Shown here: positions 57,969-64,000 of the stretch, in pieces
Position numbering within the stretch: the stretch's first letter is position 1
How the letters are laid out: every line of letters starts with the position of its first letter
Assembly: GCA_041389985.1 (NCBI GenBank)
Contig: JAWKQS010000041.1
Coordinates: 2,074 to 66,073, forward strand
Direction: 5' to 3'
DNA: 64,000 nt
Source: a bacterium
GTDB taxonomy: Bacteria; Myxococcota_A; Bradymonadia; UBA7976; UBA1532
The notes under the pieces: generated by a model
Databases searched by the model: none
Seen by the model: only the letters and a program-made list of their open reading frames with translations
Told to the model about the DNA's origin: nothing
Program-made: the position numbers and the translations under genes

Positions 57969-58859
57969 ATGTTGACCACGCAGGAATCGTTCGCGCGGCT
58001 GGACGCCGCCCTGAGGCCGACGTCGGCAGACGACGAGCTGGTGGCGAGGCTTGGGCAGAGCCTCGAGACCCGCATCGGCCACCACCTCCCCGGCTTCCGC
58101 AGCCTGCACCCCGCGGGGGCGTACAGCCGGGGCGCCGCGCCGCGGCCCCCCGATCCGGTGGATCTGCTGGTGGAGGTCGACGCGCCGCTCGGGGCCGACG
58201 GCCGCCCGGCGGTCCCCGCGCACCCGCTCCTGGCCCGGCTCGCGCTCCTGGTGGGCGGCACGACGCGACCTCCCCGGCGCCGCTGCCGCCAGGCCGTGGA
58301 CGTGCGCTTCCCCGACTGGAACCTGGGCTTCCACCTGCTGCCGGCGGTCCAGGGGGCCGAGGCCTGGTGGATCCCCGACAGCCAGGGCGGCTGGCTGCGC
58401 ACCCAGCCCCAGCAGCACCGCGACGACCTCGTCAGCGCCGACCACGCCGCCGGCGGCCGCCTGCTGCCGCTGCTGCGCATCCTGCGCTGGTGGCGGCGCG
58501 CCCGCGACGCCGCCGGTGAGTCGCTGCCCTGCGGCGGCTTTCACCTGGAGACCATGGCGAGCGAGCCTTTTCGTCAATGGTTTCCGCAGCCTGCGCCCAC
58601 GAGCCTGCCCGAGGGCCTCGCCGAGATCTTCGCCCAGCTCGCGCGCAGGGTGCATGGCCCCTGCTCGGACTCCACCAGGGCCGGTCCCCGCCTCGACGAC
58701 ACGCTGGCCCTCGACACCCGCCTGCACGCCGCCGATCAGCTCGCCGAGGCGGCCCGGATCGCCCGCGCCGCCGTCGCCGCCGACCGGGCGGGCGAGCTCG
58801 AGCAGGCCCACCTGCGCTGGCGGGTGCTGCTCGGGCCCATCTACACCTTCAACCGGTAG
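57969..58859 (+). CDS. nucleotidyltransferase-fold protein (SMODS/CD-NTase-like topology, non-consensus catalytic residues)
   Basis: GAYSRGAAPRPPDPVDLLVEV resembles G[SG]-x(n)-DxD. A downstream VDVRF...GFHLLPAV strand and WWIPDSQGGWLRTQPQQH...LLPLLRILRWWR are typical of the SMODS/minimal NTase fold. Confidence 0.45.
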   Translation: MLTTQESFARLDAALRPTSADDELVARLGQSLETRIGHHLPGFRSLHPAGAYSRGAAPRPPDPVDLLVEVDAPLGADGRPAVPAHPLLARLALLVGGTTRPPRRRCRQAVDVRFPDWNLGFHLLPAVQGAEAWWIPDSQGGWLRTQPQQHRDDLVSADHAAGGRLLPLLRILRWWRRARDAAGESLPCGGFHLETMASEPFRQWFPQPAPTSLPEGLAEIFAQLARRVHGPCSDSTRAGPRLDDTLALDTRLHAADQLAEAARIARAAVAADRAGELEQAHLRWRVLLGPIYTFNR

Positions 58860-58868
58860 GCGCCCGCG

Positions 58869-59624
58869 TCAGAAGCGGGCGGTGAGGGCCGCTCCGGCAC
58901 CGAAGGGCGTCAGCCGGACGGCCTGGTCCTCCGGGGCGTCGTCGAGCAGCAGCCAGGTGCCTGTGCCGGCCGCCGCCACGCCGAGCCCGATCAGGACGCC
59001 GCCGATGAGCTTCTTGCTGCTGCCCTCATCGTCGAGTCGCTGCTCGCGATCGGCCGAGATGGGGGTGCCCTGGCCCTGCCGGGAGCGCTCCAGCTCGGCA
59101 TGGTCGGCGAGCCCCAGCGTCAGGAAGACACCCCCCACGGCCGCGCCGGCGGCGCCGCTGCCGATGAGGATCCACGCCGTGCTGGTGTCGCGAGGCGGCG
59201 GCGGCGGCGGGGGCGGGGGCGCCGTGCGGATGGCGTCGCGGGCGGCCACCAGAGGGGCCAGCCGGGCGGCGGCCTTCTCGCGCAGCTCCGCCGAGGCGGT
59301 CTCGTCGGCCGCCAGGGCCTCGAACCGCGCGATCGCCGCGTCCCGCTGGCCCAGCTCTTCGTGGCACCGCCCGATGTTGTAGACCAGCTTCGGATCGGGG
59401 AAGAGCGCCAGGGCCTCCTCGAACAGCACCCGCGCGGCTGCGTAGTCGCCGGCCTCGTAGCGATCCATGCCGGTGCGGTTGAACTGCTCGACCTGGGCGG
59501 CGGTGGCCGGATCGACGCCGGGGGCCGGCTGGGCGACGGCGGCGGGGGCGAGGCTGGCGAGGGCCGCGTGGGCGAGGGCCGCGAGGGCGGTGGCACGCCG
59601 AGGCGGGCGGGGGGGCAGGGCCAT
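58869..59624 (-). CDS. secreted TPR protein with a poly-Pro linker and C-terminal TM segments
   Basis: Signal peptide, TPR-like YEAGDYAAARVLFEEALALFPD...YNIGRCHEELG, a P10 run, and two hydrophobic helices. Confidence 0.6.
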   Translation of the reverse strand: MALPPRPPRRATALAALAHAALASLAPAAVAQPAPGVDPATAAQVEQFNRTGMDRYEAGDYAAARVLFEEALALFPDPKLVYNIGRCHEELGQRDAAIARFEALAADETASAELREKAAARLAPLVAARDAIRTAPPPPPPPPPRDTSTAWILIGSGAAGAAVGGVFLTLGLADHAELERSRQGQGTPISADREQRLDDEGSSKKLIGGVLIGLGVAAAGTGTWLLLDDAPEDQAVRLTPFGAGAALTARF

Positions 59625-59636
59625 CGGGCCTCCTTC

Positions 59637-61022
59637 TCAGTCGACGGTCCGGATGACGGGGCGCTGGAGCGGCGCCGTGGCAGGGGCGGCGGGGGCCTCG
59701 GGCTTGATCCGGGGCCGCCAGCGACGCGCCCGCGTGGGCGGCGCGGCCGGCGCCGCATCCGGCGGCGGGGCGGGGGCAGCGTCGGGCGCCAGGGCCGCGT
59801 CGGCCGGGATCACCCCGTCGGCACCGCCAGCGTCCGCGGGGCGAGCATCCGGCTGGGCGGCGGGGGTCGCGTCGCGCGGGCCCGCGTCCCGTGGCGGGGC
59901 ATCGGCCGGTCGGGCGTCGGCGGCGCTCGCAGGCCCGGCCTTCGCAGGCCCGGCGCCGGCGGGCCCGGCGTCCGGGGTCCGCAGGGCCCAGAACCCGCCC
60001 CCCAGAATCACCAGCAAGATCAAGAGGATGAGCGCCCACGGGCGTCGCCGTGGCGGGGCCGGGTCCATCGCGTCCGCGTCGACCATCGCGTCTGCGTCGA
60101 CCATCGCGGCCGCGGCGGGGGCCGCCGGGGAGGGGCCGGGTGGCGCGGCAGCCTCCGCGACCTGCGCCGGCTCGGCGGCCGGGCCGGGGATGGGCGGCGG
60201 GGCCGACGCGACGGGCGGCCGCGTGCTGCCGCGGAAGGCGGGCTCCGGGGGGCGCGCGCTGCCCGGGGGCTCCGAGAAGGCGTCATCGATGCGCTCGTCC
60301 AGCCACTCCAGCCCCGCCTCCGACCGGTCCTCCTCGGGCGGCGCGCCCCGCTCATCGATCTTCGCCAGCGTCTGCAGGAGCAGCACCTGGAAGGGCACGC
60401 GGATGGTCTGCGGGCAGTCCTCGGCGGCGCCGGTGGACAGGCTGCCACCCGTCCGCTCCAGCAACGACGACAGGGCGGCCTCCCCCGCCAGCTCGCCGGC
60501 CACCGCGTGGATGATCTCGCCCTCGTGCAGGTGGATGGCCCCGGCGTCCGCCACCCGCAGCACCGCGGACCGACGACCGTGGTGCAGGATCTGGAGCAGG
60601 TCCGCCAGGCCGAGGCCGTCCACCTCGGCCTGGAAGCGCGCCTCGGGCGCTTCGGCCCGCCGCATCGCCGCGTCCAGCTCCTCGGGGGTGAAGGGCTTGG
60701 CCAGCACGTCGATGGCGCCGAGGGCCCGCGCGGCCTTGTAGTCACGGACCGTGGCGTAGGCGCTCATCAGGAGCGTCCGGGTGGCGGGAGAGGTCTCGCG
60801 CACCTTGCGCAGCAGATCGAGGCCGTCGCGGCCCCCGAGGCGCAGATCCGTCAGCAGGACGTCGGGCTGGATCCGCCCGAGCTGGGCCTCGGCGGTGGCG
60901 AACCCGGAGGCGCAGCGGACGTCGTAGCCGCGGCGGGTCAGCTCTTCCGACAGGGCCTTGAGCAGCGCCAGGTCATCATCGACGAGGAGGACCGAGAGGC
61001 CTGCTGGGGTGGCGTCCGTCAA
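59637..61022 (-). CDS. response-regulator receiver + DUF4388 (PATAN) + Pro-rich linker + TM helix + Pro/Ala/Asp-rich tail
   Basis: TTG start at 61022 with GAGGAG 6 nt upstream. VLLVDDD...DVLLTDLRL...KPF is the receiver. GLADLLQILHHGRRSAVLRV...HLHEGEIIHA...GEAAL is DUF4388. WALILLILLVILGGGFWAL is the TM helix. Confidence 0.75.
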   Translation of the reverse strand: MTDATPAGLSVLLVDDDLALLKALSEELTRRGYDVRCASGFATAEAQLGRIQPDVLLTDLRLGGRDGLDLLRKVRETSPATRTLLMSAYATVRDYKAARALGAIDVLAKPFTPEELDAAMRRAEAPEARFQAEVDGLGLADLLQILHHGRRSAVLRVADAGAIHLHEGEIIHAVAGELAGEAALSSLLERTGGSLSTGAAEDCPQTIRVPFQVLLLQTLAKIDERGAPPEEDRSEAGLEWLDERIDDAFSEPPGSARPPEPAFRGSTRPPVASAPPPIPGPAAEPAQVAEAAAPPGPSPAAPAAAAMVDADAMVDADAMDPAPPRRRPWALILLILLVILGGGFWALRTPDAGPAGAGPAKAGPASAADARPADAPPRDAGPRDATPAAQPDARPADAGGADGVIPADAALAPDAAPAPPPDAAPAAPPTRARRWRPRIKPEAPAAPATAPLQRPVIRTVD

Positions 61023-61119
61023 CGCATGCTCCTCATCGCCAGCGAGCGCGGCGGCTCGATCCCCCAGGCTCCACGATACGAGCCCGGCGGCCCGTCGTCG
61101 AGATCCCTCGCCGCCCCGG

Positions 61120-62478
61120 TCAGGCGGCCGGCTGGCTGGCGCGGGGCAGGGTGAGGGTGACGCGCAGGCCGCCGCCGCTGGCGTTGGCCGCCGCCACGCT
61201 CCCGCCATGCAGCGCCACCGCCCGCGCCGAGATGGCCAGGCCGATGCCCGTGCCCCCCGAGCCGCGGTCTCGGCTGTCGCCGACGCGGTGGAAGGGCTGG
61301 AAGATGGCGGCCAGGTGCGCCTCGGGCACGCCCTGGCCGTGGTCGCGCACCTCGACCTGGGCGTCACCGTCGGCGGCGGTCACCCGCACTTCCACGGTCG
61401 TGGCCTCGGCGGTGAAGCGCACGGCGTTGCGCAGGACGTTCTCGATGGCCCGGCGCAGCAGCTCCTCGGCGCCGCGCACGGTGCAGGGATCGGCCACCGC
61501 CAGGGTGACGCGCCGCCCCTGGCCGCTCGCCTCGAAGTCGGCGTCCGCCACGACGGCGGCCACGATGGCCGTCAGATCGACCGGAGCCAGATCGATGGGG
61601 CGGTCGGCCTCCTCCAGGCGCGTCAGCGTCAGCACCTCGCCGATGAGCTGGCCCAGGCGCTCCACCTCGCGCTCGATGCGGTCGAGGGGGCCGGCGGCGT
61701 CGGGGCCGGCCTTCTGGCGGGCCAGGGCCAGGGCGACGCCGAGGCGGGCCAGGGGGGAGCGCAGCTCGTGGGACACGTCCCGCAGCAGCCGGTGCTGGCC
61801 GGCCAGCAGGCCCTCGATGCGCTCCGTCATGCGATCCAGATCGCGGCCCAGGGCCGCGGCCTCGTCCTCCATGCCCGCCAGCTCCGGGCCGATGCGCGTG
61901 CTCAGATCCCCGGCCGCGAGCCGCTGGGCGCCCGCCCGCAGCCGCCGCAGCCGCTCGGTGAGGTGGCGCGCCAGGATGTAGCAGATGACGCCGGCGACCA
62001 GCGCGATGATGACGAGGCGCAGGGCCAGCGTGTCCGGGCTCACGTACTTGAGCAGGCGGGAGGTGCGCAGGTCGGTGCCCACGACCACGGCGCCGCCGGG
62101 CAGAGGCTCGGCGAAGGTGTAGGCCTCCTCCGTGAGGTGGCGTCGCGGCTCGCCGGCGGCGCCCGCCTCGCTGGCCAGGCTCGCGGCCACGGGTACGGGG
62201 AGCGTGCCGATCACGCGCCCGTCGACCACGAGGGCGGCCCGCAGCCGGGTGCGCTCTTCCAGCCGCCCCAGCACCGCCTCGGCGGCCGCCGGCCCGCCGG
62301 CCCGCAGCTGCTCCAGGGCCTCCTGCCCGCGCAGCCGGATGCTGTCGGCCGCGAGGCTGCGGATGCGCTCCACCCGCCACTCGGGCACCGTCGTGGCGTA
62401 GATGACCGCAAACGCCGCCCCGATGAGCGTCATCGCCACCCAGAACGACAGGAAGATGCGGACGAAGAGGCTCTTCAC
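61120..62478 (-). CDS. sensor histidine kinase (HAMP-HisKA-HATPase, CpxA/BaeS-like)
   Basis: Two TM helices, a HAMP domain, H-box SHELRSPLARL, N-box LRNAVRFT, G1 DHGQGVP and G2 GTGIGLAI. Confidence 0.9.
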   Translation of the reverse strand: MKSLFVRIFLSFWVAMTLIGAAFAVIYATTVPEWRVERIRSLAADSIRLRGQEALEQLRAGGPAAAEAVLGRLEERTRLRAALVVDGRVIGTLPVPVAASLASEAGAAGEPRRHLTEEAYTFAEPLPGGAVVVGTDLRTSRLLKYVSPDTLALRLVIIALVAGVICYILARHLTERLRRLRAGAQRLAAGDLSTRIGPELAGMEDEAAALGRDLDRMTERIEGLLAGQHRLLRDVSHELRSPLARLGVALALARQKAGPDAAGPLDRIEREVERLGQLIGEVLTLTRLEEADRPIDLAPVDLTAIVAAVVADADFEASGQGRRVTLAVADPCTVRGAEELLRRAIENVLRNAVRFTAEATTVEVRVTAADGDAQVEVRDHGQGVPEAHLAAIFQPFHRVGDSRDRGSGGTGIGLAISARAVALHGGSVAAANASGGGLRVTLTLPRASQPAA

Positions 62479-63170
62479 GGGCGCTCTCGCCGGTCCGCGA
62501 ACTGGTAGCCCACACCGCGCACCGTCTTGATCAGCTCGCGCCCGCCCGCGTCGCCCAGCTTGCGGCGCAGGTTGCTGACGTGCACGTCGATGCTGCGGTC
62601 ATACGGGCTCCATGGTCGCCCAAGTACTTGATCCGCAAGGTCTTCTCGGGTGAGGGCCCGGCCGGCCGCCCGCAGCAGGACGTCCAGCAGGGCGAACTCC
62701 ACGCTGGTCAGCGACAGGGCCTCGTCGCCGAGGCGGGCCTGGCGGCTGGCCGGATCCAGCTCCACGTCGCCCACCCGCACCGCGCCGGGGGCCGCGCCGA
62801 CGCTCCCCGCCGCCTCGGCCCGGCGCCGGATGGCCCGCAGCCGCGCCACCAGCTCGCGGGGGTTGAAGGGCTTGGGCAGGTAGTCATCGGCGCCCATCTC
62901 CAGGCCCACGATGCGATCCACGTCGTCCCCGCGGGCGGTGAGCATGAGCACGGGCACCGCCGACCGCTCGCGCAAGCGGCGCAGCACGTCGAAGCCGCTC
63001 ATGCCGGGGAGCATCACGTCCAGGATGACGAGCCCGTGGCCGCCGTCCAGCCGCGCCAGGCCCGCCTCGCCGTCGTGCACCGCCTCCACGACGAACCCCT
63101 CGCTGCCGAGGTAGTCCCCGAGGAGCTCGCAGAGCTCTTCGTCGTCGTCGATGAGCAGCACGTCGGCCAA
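62475..63170 (-). CDS. OmpR/PhoB-family response regulator
   Basis: VLLIDDD...LDVMLPGMSGFDV...KPF is the receiver. The wHTH output is LTSVEFALLDVLL...VHVSNLRRKL...IKTVRGVGYQF. 4-nt overlap with the kinase gene. Confidence 0.9.
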   Translation of the reverse strand: MADVLLIDDDEELCELLGDYLGSEGFVVEAVHDGEAGLARLDGGHGLVILDVMLPGMSGFDVLRRLRERSAVPVLMLTARGDDVDRIVGLEMGADDYLPKPFNPRELVARLRAIRRRAEAAGSVGAAPGAVRVGDVELDPASRQARLGDEALSLTSVEFALLDVLLRAAGRALTREDLADQVLGRPWSPYDRSIDVHVSNLRRKLGDAGGRELIKTVRGVGYQFADRRERP

Positions 63171-63220
63171 CGGTCGTCACCCTCCCACCGCGATGGTAGC
63201 CGGCCCGCGCCACCCGAGGC

Positions 63221-63287
63221 GTGAAGAAGCGTCAGGGGCGTCACCGGGCGCCTTTGCAAACCTTCACGTTTTCTGCCCTTCCTTCAC
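63221..63287. promoter_or_regulatory. candidate regulator-binding repeats in the divergent promoter region
   Basis: CCTTCAC occurs at 63261-63267 and 63281-63287 (20-nt spacing), with an inverted GTGAAG at 63221-63226. This lies between the response-regulator gene and the efflux OMF gene. Confidence 0.25.
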
Positions 63288-63322
63288 CCCGTTCGCGGCG
63301 GAATTCGGGGAAGCTCCTCCCC

Positions 63323-64000
63323 ATGAGCCGGCTCTTCCCCCTCAGCGCCGTGTTCGTGGCCGGCGCCCTGACCGCATGCGGCGGGGCGCCGGCGGCGGGG
63401 CCACCGCCCGCACCGGACGCCTTCCTGGCCCCCGTGGAAGGCGAGGCGTCCCCGGCGCGCTGGTGGGTGGCCTTCGGCGAGGCCGATCTGACGGCCCGCG
63501 TCGAGGCCAGCCTCGCGGGTAGCCCCACGCTGCACGCCGCCCGCGCCCGCATCGCCCAGGCCCGGGCCACCGCCCGCCGGGCGGGGGCGGACGGCGGCCT
63601 CAGCGCCGAGGCCGAGCTCGGGGCCATCGCCCGCGCCCCCACCGACGGCGGCGCACGCGCCCTCAGCTTCCCCGCCGGCATCTCGGCCCGCTACGAGCTG
63701 GACCTCTTCGGCCGCATCGACGCCGTCGTCGAGGCCGCGACGCTCGACGCCGACGCCAGCGCGGCCGCCTTCGACGCCGCCGGCCAGACGCTCGCCGGGC
63801 AGGTGGCCTCGGCCTGGTTCCAGCTCGCCGAGCGCCAGGCCCAGCGCGCCATCCTGGCCGACCAGACCGCCCTCAACGCCCGCGTCCTCGGCCTCGTGGA
63901 GGAGCGCTTCCGCTTCGGCAAGGCGGGCGCGCAGGACGTCCTGCGCCAGCGCCAGCTCGTCGAGTCCGCCGTGGGCGACGGCGCCCGGCTCGACGCCGAG
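63323..64000 (+). CDS. outer-membrane efflux factor lipoprotein (TolC/NodT family), 3' end truncated by the window edge
   Basis: My own translation: MSRLFPLSAVFVAGALTAC (lipobox)...WWVAFGEADLTARVEASLAGSPTLHAARARIAQA...SARYELDLFGRI...QTLAGQVASAWFQL is the typical OEP repeat pattern. The frame is open to the window end. Confidence 0.8.
   Translation, partial: MSRLFPLSAVFVAGALTACGGAPAAGPPPAPDAFLAPVEGEASPARWWVAFGEADLTARVEASLAGSPTLHAARARIAQARATARRAGADGGLSAEAELGAIARAPTDGGARALSFPAGISARYELDLFGRIDAVVEAATLDADASAAAFDAAGQTLAGQVASAWFQLAERQAQRAILADQTALNARVLGLVEERFRFGKAGAQDVLRQRQLVESAVGDGARLDAE

Noticed and set aside
57969-59624. CBASS-type operon around the SMODS-like nucleotidyltransferase
   Set aside because: No same-strand partner gene: upstream is the giant repeat lipoprotein and downstream is a convergent TPR protein. 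The catalytic residues are non-consensus.

Overview
Very GC-rich bacterial chromosomal segment with strong third-position GC bias. High GC fills the six-frame track with long spurious antisense and out-of-frame ORFs. I support about 55 protein-coding genes and found no rRNA, tRNA or CRISPR array. The content looks Myxococcota-like (inference): two eukaryote-like Ser/Thr kinases, many lipoproteins with low-complexity xDAGx or Gly-rich linkers, thrombospondin-type-3 and DUF1566 lipoproteins, and a giant protein built from CGDGxxxxxExCDDGNxxxGDGC cysteine-rich repeats. Housekeeping genes include ileS (intact) and fhs (split by a frameshift), plus an IMPACT/YigZ protein, a nitroreductase, DedA, a DksA/TraR protein, an SDR epimerase, a CpxAR-like two-component pair and an outer-membrane efflux factor. 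The best leads are: (1) An accessory island at about 25.6-30.3 kb. It holds a lipoprotein gene with a 14-nt poly-C tract in its signal-peptide codons, a matrixin-like secreted protease, and two tandemly duplicated lipoprotein genes with cassette-like variable segments. Each duplicate is preceded by a conserved 23-codon Tyr-rich micro-ORF. A hairpin-dense low-GC spacer and a Tae4-like peptidoglycan amidase fused to a PG_binding_1 domain follow. I read this as a candidate effector/immunity locus, with no T6SS core genes in the window. (2) A kinase - (inactive caspase-like)/vWA - OmpA - DUF4139/OmpA - CxxC-rich gene block at 40.2-47.7 kb, reminiscent of TerY-P-type vWA/kinase signalling modules. 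(3) A 521-nt deletion-riddled tandem copy of a 579-nt unit inside the giant Cys-repeat gene; excising it exactly restores the reading frame. At least ten genes carry apparent frameshifts, several at homopolymers, so the assembly may have indel errors. All pseudogene calls need read-level confirmation.
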